This document shows, piece after piece, positions 34,540-45,328 of a stretch of 64,000 nucleotides of DNA. The notes under the pieces were generated by a model that saw only the letters and a list, made by a program, of their open reading frames with translations, did not search any database and had not been told where the DNA came from. Source of the stretch: an uncultured Phycisphaerales bacterium (GTDB lineage Bacteria > Planctomycetota > Phycisphaerae > Tepidisphaerales > Tepidisphaeraceae). Position 1 is the first letter of the stretch. Every line of letters starts with the position of its first letter. The stretch spans positions 1,536,001 to 1,600,000 of the forward strand of contig CAVWLP010000002.1 of NCBI GenBank assembly GCA_963755915.1, written 5' to 3'. The position numbers and the translations under genes were made by a program.

Positions 34540-34631
34540 TTGATGTAGTTGTAACGGACGTTGCTCATTTCGCATCGGATAACTGATATCTGAAAAAACA
34601 GAAACCCGTCAAGTGCGCGGACCAACTCGGT

Positions 34632-35408
34632 TCACTTGGCTGTATAACCGCCATCAACCGCGATATTCGTCCCCGTGATATACGCCGACGCGTCCGATGC
34701 AAGGAAAACCACAGCCCCCGCCAGATCCGTATCATTAGCCATACGGCCCAGAAAAGTCCTGCGGGAATACCGCTCCACAAAAACCGGATCCTGCCCAGCC
34801 AGAAAACCGCCCGGGCTGATCGCATTGACCCGCACTCCCCGCGGCCCGAGCTTGGCCGCCGCAAACCGCGTCAGTTGCAACAGCCCCCCCTTATGAAAGA
34901 AGTAATCGGGCGGCGTCTCCCAGCCCAATTCCTCATAAAGCGTGAAGTCGGGCCCTACCGAGCCCTGAATCGAGCTGACATTGATGATGCTCCCCCGCCC
35001 GCGCTGCGCCATGTGATCGCCGAAGATTCGCGTCATCATGAACAGCCCCGTCGCGTTGACCGCCATACTTTTTGCGAAATCCGCGCTCGGCGAAGCCCAA
35101 TCTTTCATCGTTCTCAGAACCGCATTGTTCACCAGTACGTCAACCCCTCCCGCCTGGCGCACGATAAAGTCCAGCGTTTCCTGAATTGATGCTTCCTCCG
35201 CCTGGTCCAACCGGAGCGCTTCGGCGCGGAGTCCTTCTTTTGCGAACTGATCGGCAAGCTGCCGCAAGCCGTGCACGTTTCGGCTGGCCATATAAAGTGT
35301 CGCCGCCGCCTGCCCCAATGCCCGCGCGATTTGCCTGCCGAACAGTCCCGCCGCGCCGGTCACCAGAGCAACTTTTCCATCGAGCCGAAAGGAGTCCATC
35401 ACTGTCAT
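34632..35408 (-). CDS. SDR family oxidoreductase
   Basis: VTGAAGLFG, LVNNA, YFFHK (YxxxK), RVNAISPGG, VDGG. Confidence 0.9.
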   Translation of the reverse strand: MTVMDSFRLDGKVALVTGAAGLFGRQIARALGQAAATLYMASRNVHGLRQLADQFAKEGLRAEALRLDQAEEASIQETLDFIVRQAGGVDVLVNNAVLRTMKDWASPSADFAKSMAVNATGLFMMTRIFGDHMAQRGRGSIINVSSIQGSVGPDFTLYEELGWETPPDYFFHKGGLLQLTRFAAAKLGPRGVRVNAISPGGFLAGQDPVFVERYSRRTFLGRMANDTDLAGAVVFLASDASAYITGTNIAVDGGYTAK

Positions 35409-36170
35409 TGCAACTCCTCAAAAGGAAACAGCGGGCGTCGCCGTTGCTTAAATGGTAGCCGCGCCATGTTCGCCGTCGTCACACCGGGCGTGTCCACGCG
35501 GATAAACGTCCGGCACACTGGCGAATACGCCGCGATTGGCGCATTAACGCCTTTTGCAACCAGAACCGAAAATTTCTCCGGCTCAATCCCGCACGATGTC
35601 AATTGATTCAAGCTAAAAGGCGGCGTGCGCTGTGAGTGCACCAGCAAAGTTAACGACTCCCATTCAATCACCGCGGTCTTACCCATATCAAAGCGCCCCT
35701 GCCCACCGTGGCGAATCTGGTTTTCGTGAAATACTCCATCGTGAAGACTTCGAACGCGTCCTTTGACCGGTAACGGCTCGCCGTGCATTTTGTTGTTCTT
35801 TCCCCCGACAAACCCTTCAAACATCGCGCCCGTGCCCAGAGAGATCGCCGCCTTGGCCGCGTCCGCATCGCAAATCGCAACAAAGCTATGTTCAAACCTG
35901 CGCCGTTGCAGAGCGTGCGCTATGATCGTCCCATCCCCTGGTGAGCCGCCGCCGACGTTGTCTCCCAAATCCAGAAGGCATACGGGCTTTTCAGATCGCG
36001 TTGCAATGTCGATTGCTTCTTCGACGTTCGGCAAATGGGCGACGAAATCCTGTCGATATGAGACGAGATAATCGCCTAACTGATCTGCCAAGCGGCCTGC
36101 CTGCTCGTGATCGTTGTTCGTCACGGCGACAAAACTTGAACCCATTTCTTGCACGTCGGCATACGGAAAT
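35405..36170 (-). pseudogene. C-terminal half of an MlrC/M81-family metallopeptidase, 5' part deleted
   Basis: FPYADVQEMG, LLDLGDNVGGGSPGDGT, VAKG, RRPLFPFE. Directly upstream is IS66 sequence. Confidence 0.8.
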
Positions 36171-36574
36171 ACCCAGCGACGGGAAGCCGATCATGCTATC
36201 GCCTCCAGTGTGCGGACTAGATCCATCAGCAGATCGGGGTCAAATCCACGCCGCACCAGCAGGCGACGCTCGCCATTGAGGCGAATCTCGATAGCTTCAG
36301 ACGCCGAGGTTTTCGGAGGCTTCACCTCGACGAACACAGGCGTCAGCGAACGATTCGGCTTCGCCGGCGAGCGCAATCGCCGTTTCCAGGCATAGAAGGC
36401 GCTGTCTTTGATTCCGCGATCGCGACAATAGGCTGTCACGGTCAGCCCGCTGGGCCGCTGCCCGTCGATGATCTGCCGCCATTCTTCGGGACCAGGGCGA
36501 TGTGATTTGTTCATGCCGCGTCAGTGTGCCGGCGGTACGCCGAAGAAAAAAGATGTGGTTGGTGTATCGCACAC
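36171..36574 (-). mobile_element. IS66-family remnant (tnpA at 36191-36514 plus the first codons of tnpB)
   Basis: WRQII..SGLTVTAYCRDRGI..AFYAWKRRL..FVEV..GFDPDLL. Overlapping ATG of MIGFPSLG. Probable left end GTGTGCGATAC at 36574. Confidence 0.8.
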
Positions 36575-36648
36575 CTGGTGTCCAACGCCTGCATTACGTC
36601 GGTAATGGACGACTCAAAATTAAGACTCGATCCGTTACGGCTTATTAG

Positions 36649-37096
36649 CTAAAGCGCGGCGCCATATTTTGCTCCGGTCTGCTCTACGTTTGTCCAGGTT
36701 TTCTCAACATCGGCGTCGGTGAGGATGCGAGCCTTTCCTTCGTCGGGTTCACCTTCGATATAGTTTTCCAGTCTTTGGAGGAGCCCTCGGTAAACGTATC
36801 CGGTAACTCGCGATAGGCTGCGCCGACCTCGCGCCATGCCCGCATGTGTTCTCGGTACGCCACTCGGAAATCGGCCGGGCAATCTGACATGTTGAGTTTC
36901 TCCAAGTCGTCACAGTATTGATCAACGGCCTGGGCCATGACTGATGGGGGAGGGTTCTTTGCAAAAGCGAGCTGTGGATTTGCTCATACAGTTCCGAATC
37001 AGCACGCATAATCCGAATTATGTCTTCTTTAGTGCGATCGGATGCGAAAGTCCGACAGAATAATTCGATGACGCCAACAAGGAGCAGGATCGCCAC
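36649..37096 (-). CDS. Small hypothetical membrane-anchored protein (frameshifted)
   Basis: Hydrophobic N-terminus, then DMSDCPADFRVAY in a second frame. Confidence 0.4.
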
Positions 37097-37780
37097 GCTG
37101 GCGAGGCCATAACGCGCTCCGCGGTTTTGGATCCAGTTTGGAGAACCGAACTAAACCGGACGGTTAGGACAAAAACCTGTCGCGCGGCTAAAGACCGCGG
37201 GCACCGATGTCGATCTGGATTTGGAATGGAGGACGGCGGAGCGCGTTAGGATGGTTGAAGGGCTCCCCCCAGGGACCCCCGTGCGAGAAAAAAGTTGTCT
37301 TCCATTGAGAAGATACTTATCAAACTCACATGGGGCTAGTTCTTTCCAAGGAATATTGCCAGTTCGAGTCGATTTTGCCCAGCTTGTCAAATAATACATT
37401 TGCAATGATTATCCGTACATTTATCGAGGCGATATTTAAAAGACGATCTTTTATTAAGGAATTGCGATTAACAAGAGAGATATATCGGACAAAAATCTGT
37501 AAATAATCGATTACAAGCCTAGAACCCGGTATGAACCAGTTCGATCCCGATCAAGAATAATTGCGCCATCGACCAAACAATTGAACCATCATTGACTTTT
37601 TGTGCGTATTGTTTTGGATTTTTCTTGACGGGCAATGAGCAAAAGGTATGGTTGTGCGGATAAATCGCTCCGGTGAATTGGTAACCAACTGTCGCAGAAA
37701 ACTGGCTTGCTTTCTAGTGGTGTGAAACCTGAGATTGCCAATTGATTTGGTGATTGGCCCCACATTTAAGAAGGTGGAAA

Positions 37781-39616
37781 ATGCGATCTCGCTTGGTGCG
37801 AATTAGTTTACCTCTATTTACTGGTACATGTTGCTCGGTGGCGGGTGCTTCCCAAGTCTGGCAGTATAATTTCAGCTCGGGGACCAATGGAGTAACACAA
37901 TATCAAACGGGCCCCAATCAGATGGTTGGACCGGCCGGCCCTGCCAACAACAACCAGTTGCAGATTACCACGATTGATAACGGTTCGGAATCGCCGTACG
38001 TGCCCAGCCGGGCGGGTGAACCGCTGGGCTCCACTGTCTTGTCATCCAGCGATTCGTACAGCGGACTCGTAGATTTTACGTGGGCAAGCACGAACAACGT
38101 GACCGGAACCAGCGATACCGAATTCGATTGGTTCGGGTTCATGGGATCCAACGCTCCGGCCACCACGTACCAGACTCGGCAGATTTCCGGCGTGGCACTG
38201 GAGCATTGGTATGACAACGGAGATTACTACGTTTCGATGCTTCCCGAATTCGCATCTGTTGGAATCACCGACGTCGCGGAAATCCGCGGGCTGGCTTCAG
38301 TTGATCTTGGTCCGACGATTCCGTCGGATATGCAGATTGTGGTGAGTTGGAACGCGGCGACGGAGACGGTGGACGACGCGTTTTATGTCGGTGGAACCGT
38401 GATGATTCAGGGAAGCGCTAACATTGACAACATGTACGGTGCGCATCCTCCGTCCTATGATCAGCCTCCATACCCGCAGGACGAGATCAATAATCAAAAC
38501 CTGACCTACCTCGGCTGGCAGGATTACACAGGCAACGGCAACGATCTGGAAACCGTTTGGGAAGTGAACTCCCTGGCCTACTGGAACGATCCCAACGGAG
38601 CGTTTAACGCCCTCGCCGGCAGCAGCGCGTTGACGTGGAACAATTCCGGTGGAACCGGTGATGGAATGACCTGGGACACAACAAATCAGAATTGGAACAA
38701 CGGAACCGCTGCCACAACGTATTCTGATGGCTCCAGCGTGGTCTTCAACGACAGCAACAGCGGGAATTATGCGGTAACGCTCAACACGACGGTCAGCCCC
38801 GCATCCGTCACCTTCGACAACAGCTCCGGCAATTACACCGTTACCGGCAGCGGCAAAATCGCCGACGCCGGCGCCTTCGTCATGGCCGGCAACGATACCG
38901 TCACCCTCGGCGTCGCCCTCTCCGCTCCCAGCGTCACCATCAGCAGCGGAACCGTCAAGCTCGCCTCCGGCGTCTCCGGCGGCACCGGGCCTTCCGTTAA
39001 CAGCGCCATTGATCTCGGCTCCCTCACCATCAGCGGCAATGGCACGCTCGATATCAATAACGACCACATCATCATCTCTTACGGCGCCAGCGATCCGATG
39101 TCGACTATCATTGGATACCTCCAATCCGGCTACAACAACGGAAACTGGAACGGGCCGGGCATCATCTCCTCCGAAGCCCGAACGCCCACCAACGGCCATG
39201 CCTACGGCATCGGATTCGCCGATGGCGCTGACAACGTTGTTAAGGGATTGTCCTCCGGACAAATTGAAGTCGCCTACACCCTGCTGGGCGATGCCAATCT
39301 TGACGGAGCGGTCAACGGCAGCGATTTCAGCATCCTTGCCGCCAACTTCGGTCTGGGCCACACCAACTGGGACCAGGGCAACTTCCTCTTCGGAAGCTCG
39401 GTCAACGGCAGTGACTTCAGCGCCCTGGCGGCCAATTTCGGACAGGGCGACAACGGCGCCGCCGTCACCGTCACTCCGGCCGACTATGCCGCACTCGACG
39501 CCTTCGCCGCTGCTAACGGGCTGCTCGCCGATGTGCCGGAACCGGGATCCATTGGACTTGGTATCCTGGGTGTGACGGGCATTTTAGCGCGGCGACGGCA
39601 GCGATCGAGCAAATGA
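37781..39616 (+). CDS. PEP-CTERM protein A: head domain plus constant cassette (beta-strand repeat, GDANLDG dockerin-like repeats)
   Basis: Signal peptide; head homologous to 55262..56158; VPEPGSIGLGILGVTGILARRRQR. Confidence 0.9.
   Translation: MRSRLVRISLPLFTGTCCSVAGASQVWQYNFSSGTNGVTQYQTGPNQMVGPAGPANNNQLQITTIDNGSESPYVPSRAGEPLGSTVLSSSDSYSGLVDFTWASTNNVTGTSDTEFDWFGFMGSNAPATTYQTRQISGVALEHWYDNGDYYVSMLPEFASVGITDVAEIRGLASVDLGPTIPSDMQIVVSWNAATETVDDAFYVGGTVMIQGSANIDNMYGAHPPSYDQPPYPQDEINNQNLTYLGWQDYTGNGNDLETVWEVNSLAYWNDPNGAFNALAGSSALTWNNSGGTGDGMTWDTTNQNWNNGTAATTYSDGSSVVFNDSNSGNYAVTLNTTVSPASVTFDNSSGNYTVTGSGKIADAGAFVMAGNDTVTLGVALSAPSVTISSGTVKLASGVSGGTGPSVNSAIDLGSLTISGNGTLDINNDHIIISYGASDPMSTIIGYLQSGYNNGNWNGPGIISSEARTPTNGHAYGIGFADGADNVVKGLSSGQIEVAYTLLGDANLDGAVNGSDFSILAANFGLGHTNWDQGNFLFGSSVNGSDFSALAANFGQGDNGAAVTVTPADYAALDAFAAANGLLADVPEPGSIGLGILGVTGILARRRQRSSK
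38741..39528 (+). repeat. 788-bp direct repeat, copy 1
   Basis: Matches 43488..44275 (offset 4747) by eye; the shadow-frame translations of the two copies are identical. Confidence 0.9.
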
Positions 39617-39647
39617 ATATCAAATAAAATTATTCAACCGCGGCTCG

Positions 39648-39676
39648 AACCCCAGCGCCAAGGCTGGGGTTTTTTT
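39648..39676 (+). terminator. Rho-independent terminator
   Basis: AACCCCAGC-GCCAAG-GCTGGGGTT followed by a T run. Confidence 0.85.
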
Positions 39677-40049
39677 GTACGCAAATCTGAATCGAACCAA
39701 TCGATGCGCAGGGGCACATGGGAAACGAAGAGACAAAAGAAATTCTAACGCCAACGGCGATTCACTGGTCGCCCGCCACGTCGCCGGTATTTGTGTCTCC
39801 GATTCTCTTTGTACTCATTGGCAAACAATTTGATTCGCCTATGTCGCTTCGTTGGAAACGGATGGCACAAACTGCCGCTACTATTTCGTCAATTTACGGC
39901 GTGTTTGTAAGAAAATGACCGGAATTCAGTTGAACTAAAAAAACAATGTATTATTATCAGTACAATCTTGCGCTCGGCAGAATATTTTTGATCAACCGCC
40001 GCCTGAATTTGTTAGCTCGACTCAAGGATTTAATCGGAGAGGGATCCTG

Positions 40050-42547
40050 ATGTCAAAAAATTTGGCTGGGCGCCAAAGTAAGCTTGCGGGATTTCGGGGG
40101 CTTCGCAGAACGCGCGTGCTCTCTGCGGCGATTGCTGCACTGGCGCTACCGATGCTGAGCCATCGGGCGCTGGGCCAGATGACGTGGGGCGGTCAGACAT
40201 GGGACGGAGGCTTCGATGGCATCAACAGCGCCGCGGATGACGTTCCCAATTATCTTCGCTGGGACAGTGCAATCGATGACGACTGGGACGAACCCAACGA
40301 TACATTCCAGCTCAATACCCCGACGGTCGGTTACATGACCGTGGATCGCGTAGCGAACGCGGAGGAGGGGGTAACAGATCTGAACGGCAACATCTGGATT
40401 CGCGATCCAATTCTGTCGCACGCCGACGGTTTCACGATGGAGGTGACCGTCAAGATAAATCCGGATAGCGATGCGAATGCGTTTTCGATGACGTATTTGG
40501 ATCAGGACGGTTCCTTCGGAGTCCAACTATCGCCTGATGCAATCAAGGTTGGAGGTTTGGCGCCAACGGATCCGGGAACCACGGTCACCTATAACACGAC
40601 GGATGATTTTAACACCTATTGGATGGAGCAGCTTCCCAACAGCCATACGGTTCTTCTGTATGTCAATGGGGTGCTCGTGGATCAAGGACAGGGCACCTCC
40701 GCTTATGCAGTGGGATCGAACGTCGATCTGCAATATCCGCGCGTTCTGATCGGCGACAATTCGGTGCCTCGACGACGAATGCGGATTACGTGCTGGAGAA
40801 CGTGTATTACCGGCGTGGGGCCACGGCGCCGGGAAAGCCGCAGGAGAGTTTTCCGGCGCGCGTCCTGCCGGCGGCACCTACGCCGGCGGTCAACGAAACC
40901 TGGAACACGGGCTTTCTGGGATCGAGCGGAAATCCCGCCAATTCGGGCTGGGAAGTGGCCGGCGGCGGAAGCTATACACTGGAGCCCAACGGCTCGACGC
41001 GGCTTCAGGGCGATACCAATGCGATGATCAACAGTCCAACCGACTGGACCAACATGACCGCGCTCACGCTGGAGATCAGTTGCAAGGTCATGCCGGACAG
41101 TCAGGAGAACGGTTTTCAATTGGTCGCCAACGACACCTTCGGAGACATGGCCCTGGTGCTGTCGCCGGATAAAGTCACCCTGGAAGAGGCCTATTCATTT
41201 GTCGGCCAGGCTTCGGTGGAGATGAACACGACGAACGAGTTCCATACGTATCGATTGACCCGCGGCGCGGACGGTTTGTATTGGGACCTTTACGTCGACA
41301 ACAATCCAAATCCGGTCATCGTCGATCAAAAATCGGGCGGAGAGGAGATCAGCACCAGCCGCATCTGGTTCGGCGATATCGATTTTCCTGACCCGGGAAA
41401 CACCCCCGATGTGGAGATTAACTACATTCGCTGGCATGAAGGGGCCAATGCCCCTGCGGAAGCCGCAGTAGGCCCCGTTTTCTGGGACGACTCCGGCGGT
41501 TCCGGCGATGGCCAGACGTGGGATGTAAATAACAATCTTAACTGGGATAACGGGACGAACGCCACCACCTATCTTGATGGCGATGCGGTGACTTTCAACG
41601 ATACCAACAATGGAAGTTACGCGGTCACACTAAACACGACCGTGACTCCCGCATCGGTGACGGTCAACAACAGCCTAGGCGATTACACGATCAGCGGCAG
41701 TGGAAGCATAACCGGCAGCGGCAGCTTTACGAAATCGGGAACCCGCAGCCTGACGCTTTCAACGGTCAACATCTATACTGGAGGGACGAGGGTCAGCGGT
41801 GGCACGCTGCTGGAGGCGATAAGCGGCGCCTTGCCCGCCAACTCCGCGGTGACAGTGAACGGCACCGGCGATCTGGTGCTGGGTTCGAACACGGGCGTGC
41901 AGCTTCTGTCATCGCTGGGCGTCTCGGGAAATGGGCAGTTCGACATCAACAGCAATGAAGTCATCATCAGCTATGGTTCGTCCGACCCGATCGCCACGAT
42001 CGCCGGTTACATCGCATCGGGCTACAACAACGGCCACTGGACCGGTCCCGGGATTATTTCGTCCGCGGCGCAGCAGCGGTACAACGGGCTCTATTATGGC
42101 GTAGGGTATGCCGACGGAGCGGATGGCGTGGTTGCGGGACTTTCTTCCGGACAGATCGAACTGAAATTTACGCTGTACGGCGATGCGAACCTTGACGGCG
42201 TTGTCAACGGCACTGATTTCAGCATCCTGGCCTCAAACTTCGGCCAAGGTGATAATGGCTGGGACCAGGGCGATTTTGACTACGGGGGCGTGGTTAACGG
42301 CAGCGATTTTGCCTTGCTAGCGGCCAACTTCGGTCAAGGCGACGACATTGCCGCCGGGGTAACCGCCGCCGACTGGACCGCTTTAGATGCCTTCGCGGCG
42401 GCCAATGGATTGATCGCCGATGTTCCGGAACCTTCCTCTGCTGGATTGTTGACCCTGAGCGTAATCGGAATATTGGCCAAACGGCGACGAAACTTGGCGA
42501 CGTCTGCCCCGCGGACTGTGGAAAGGCACCATGTGCAGCAAAGGTAA
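40050..42547 (+). CDS. PEP-CTERM protein B: two lectin/LamG-like repeats plus diverged constant cassette (frameshift at ~40772)
   Basis: Signal peptide; duplicated unit (TxExxxKxxPDS..LSPD..NTTxxFxTY..LYV); GDANLDG; VPEPSSAGLL..AKRRR. Confidence 0.85.
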
Positions 42548-44360
42548 AGCCCGCCAAGCCAGGGTCACTTTGCGGCGACGCGACGCTGTGAAAAGCGCCG
42601 TCTTTGTGGCCGCAGGTTCGTTGTTTGTTCCCTTCGCGGCGCATGCACAGATTTTTGTCGCCAATTCGCTTAGCGGAACGATTAGTGAATATAGCACGTC
42701 CGGAAGCTTAACCAGCGCGTCGCTGGTCTCCGGTTTGAGCAACCCGTCAAATATCGCGGTCTCCGGGTCGGATTTGTTCGTCACCAACTTTGCCACGGGA
42801 ACGATCGGCGAATACACCACCTCGGGAGGGACTGTCAGCACTTCGCTGATTTCAAGTTTGAATGAACCGGTTGGAATCGCGCTGTCCGGATCGGACCTTT
42901 TCGTGGCGAATTACGGCTCGGGCACCATCGGCGAATACACAACGTCGGGAAGCCCTCTGAGTACTTCGTTGATTACCGGTCTGAGCGACGTCACCGCCCT
43001 TGTCGTATCGGGATCAGACCTGTTCGTCCTGAACAATAACGCGGTAAGTGAATACACGACTTCCGGCACCCAGGTGAGTTCCTCCCTGGCCTCCGGCTTC
43101 GCACACGCGGCGGGGCTCGCCGTATCGGGGTCGGACATATTTGTCACCGACATGTACATGAGCACCGTGGGCGAATTCACCACATCGGGAACGACGGTAA
43201 CCACGTCGCTCATCAACGGCATATATCAACCCTTTGCCATCGCCGCGTCGGGATCGGACTTGTATGTTGTCAGTAACGGCGGCGATACGATCGGCGAGTA
43301 CACGACGTCCGGCTCCGTCGTGCAGGCGCCTCTGGTGTCTGGATTGACCGCGCCGGCGGGCATCGCGGTGGTGGCGTCTGACCCTGATGTGGTGTGGGAT
43401 CCTGCATCCGACAATCCAGTCTGGAACACAACCAGCCAGGATTGGAGCGATGGGGCCGGAGACCTTTACAGCAACGGCTCGAGCGTCGTCTTCAACGACA
43501 GCAACAGCGGGAATTATGCGGTAACGCTCAACACGACGGTCAGCCCCGCATCCGTCACCTTCGACAACAGCTCCGGCAATTACACCGTTACCGGCAGCGG
43601 CAAAATCGCCGACGCCGGCGCCTTCGTCATGGCCGGCAACGATACCGTCACCCTCGGCGTCGCCCTCTCCGCTCCCAGCGTCACCATCAGCAGCGGAACC
43701 GTCAAGCTCGCCTCCGGCGTCTCCGGCGGCACCGGGCCTTCCGTTAACAGCGCCATTGATCTCGGCTCCCTCACCATCAGCGGCAATGGCACGCTCGATA
43801 TCAATAACGACCACATCATCATCTCTTACGGCGCCAGCGATCCGATGTCGACTATCATTGGATACCTCCAATCCGGCTACAACAACGGAAACTGGAACGG
43901 GCCGGGCATCATCTCCTCCGAAGCCCGAACGCCCACCAACGGCCATGCCTACGGCATCGGATTCGCCGATGGCGCTGACAACGTTGTTAAGGGATTGTCC
44001 TCCGGACAAATTGAAGTCGCCTACACCCTGCTGGGCGATGCCAATCTTGACGGAGCGGTCAACGGCAGCGATTTCAGCATCCTTGCCGCCAACTTCGGTC
44101 TGGGCCACACCAACTGGGACCAGGGCAACTTCCTCTTCGGAAGCTCGGTCAACGGCAGTGACTTCAGCGCCCTGGCGGCCAATTTCGGACAGGGCGACAA
44201 CGGCGCCGCCGTCACCGTCACTCCGGCCGACTATGCCGCACTCGACGCCTTCGCCGCTGCTAACGGGCTGCTCGCTGATGTCCCCGAACCGGGATCCATC
44301 GCAATGCTTCTGATGACAGGGTTGGGTTTGTTCCGCCGGATCCGCCGATCCCGAGATTAA
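42531..44360 (+). CDS. PEP-CTERM protein C: ~6 NHL/beta-propeller-like 40-aa repeats plus constant cassette
   Basis: Repeated SGSDLFV.N...TIGEYTTSG; VPEPGSIAMLL..RRIRR. Confidence 0.9.
   Translation: MCSKGKARQARVTLRRRDAVKSAVFVAAGSLFVPFAAHAQIFVANSLSGTISEYSTSGSLTSASLVSGLSNPSNIAVSGSDLFVTNFATGTIGEYTTSGGTVSTSLISSLNEPVGIALSGSDLFVANYGSGTIGEYTTSGSPLSTSLITGLSDVTALVVSGSDLFVLNNNAVSEYTTSGTQVSSSLASGFAHAAGLAVSGSDIFVTDMYMSTVGEFTTSGTTVTTSLINGIYQPFAIAASGSDLYVVSNGGDTIGEYTTSGSVVQAPLVSGLTAPAGIAVVASDPDVVWDPASDNPVWNTTSQDWSDGAGDLYSNGSSVVFNDSNSGNYAVTLNTTVSPASVTFDNSSGNYTVTGSGKIADAGAFVMAGNDTVTLGVALSAPSVTISSGTVKLASGVSGGTGPSVNSAIDLGSLTISGNGTLDINNDHIIISYGASDPMSTIIGYLQSGYNNGNWNGPGIISSEARTPTNGHAYGIGFADGADNVVKGLSSGQIEVAYTLLGDANLDGAVNGSDFSILAANFGLGHTNWDQGNFLFGSSVNGSDFSALAANFGQGDNGAAVTVTPADYAALDAFAAANGLLADVPEPGSIAMLLMTGLGLFRRIRRSRD
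43488..44275 (+). repeat. 788-bp direct repeat, copy 2
   Basis: Matches 38741..39528. Confidence 0.9.
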
Positions 44361-44383
44361 TCATTCAATTCGCGAAATAGACT

Positions 44384-45328
44384 TCAGTATCCAGCCTTCT
44401 TGTCGACCAGACCGAGAAGCGCCTCGTGGTTTCGGTAGCGTTGCAGGTTCTCCGCAAATAATTCGTTGCAGCGGCGGCCTTCCTCTTCCGAGTTGGCAGA
44501 CCATTGCGACATGATGAGGTTTTCCATTGACCAGGCCGGGGAATCGGCCGGCGGCGCGGTGGGGAACTGCAAATCCGCACCGGCGATTGTGCCATTCATC
44601 AGCGCAGCGATGACTGCCGCTTCGTCCACAAGGGCGGGCCGGCCCGAAATGTCGATGAACCACGCCGACGGTTTCATCATCTCGAGCTGCGGCGCCCCGA
44701 TCAGCCCGCGCGTCCGTGGGGTCAACGGAAGCGCCAGCACGACAAAATCGGAACGCCCGAGCAGTTGGGGAAGCTGTTCCATCGAAAGCAATTCATCAGC
44801 GGGCGCGGGATTTGGGCGGGGGTTTCGCGCCAGCGCGATAATGCGCATTCCAAGCGGTCTGGCCAGTTTGGCGAGGGTCGCTCCGATGTTGCCGAACCCG
44901 ATGATGCCGAGCGTTTTTCCCTGGAGCTCTCGAGGCAAGCGCCAGTCGTGGGTTTTCCGGGATCGCTGCCACCAGTAGTCGATAAGCCGCGAGTTGACGG
45001 CAAGCATCGAAGCCAGCGCGTGCTGCGCTCCAGGCATGGCGAAGCACTCTTTAACGCAGGTCAGGGGGATCGGGCTTTCGATGAATTCGGGAAAGAGAAT
45101 ATTCTCGACGCCGCCCATCATCGCATGCACCCAGCGGATGTTTCGCGCCGCTTGGAAAAGCTCGGCGTCGAATCGCGCAACGCAAAGGACTTCGGCTTCA
45201 GGTGCGCGGCGCAGCGCCGATTCGCGATCGTATGCCTTGATGATCTCGAATCCGGGAACGGCCTGCGCCAGCTCGGCCAGGCCCTCAAGGTCCGTAACGA
45301 TTACAACTGGGATTGTTTTTCCACTCAT
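44384..45328 (-). CDS. D-2-hydroxyacid dehydrogenase family protein
   Basis: LGIIGFGNIG, LPLTPRTRGLI, MKPSAWFIDIS. Confidence 0.9.
   Translation of the reverse strand: MSGKTIPVVIVTDLEGLAELAQAVPGFEIIKAYDRESALRRAPEAEVLCVARFDAELFQAARNIRWVHAMMGGVENILFPEFIESPIPLTCVKECFAMPGAQHALASMLAVNSRLIDYWWQRSRKTHDWRLPRELQGKTLGIIGFGNIGATLAKLARPLGMRIIALARNPRPNPAPADELLSMEQLPQLLGRSDFVVLALPLTPRTRGLIGAPQLEMMKPSAWFIDISGRPALVDEAAVIAALMNGTIAGADLQFPTAPPADSPAWSMENLIMSQWSANSEEEGRRCNELFAENLQRYRNHEALLGLVDKKAGY

Noticed and set aside
38741-44275. Diversity-generating retroelement template/variable repeat pair
   Set aside because: The copies show no adenine-specific differences, both are coding, and there is no reverse transcriptase in the window.
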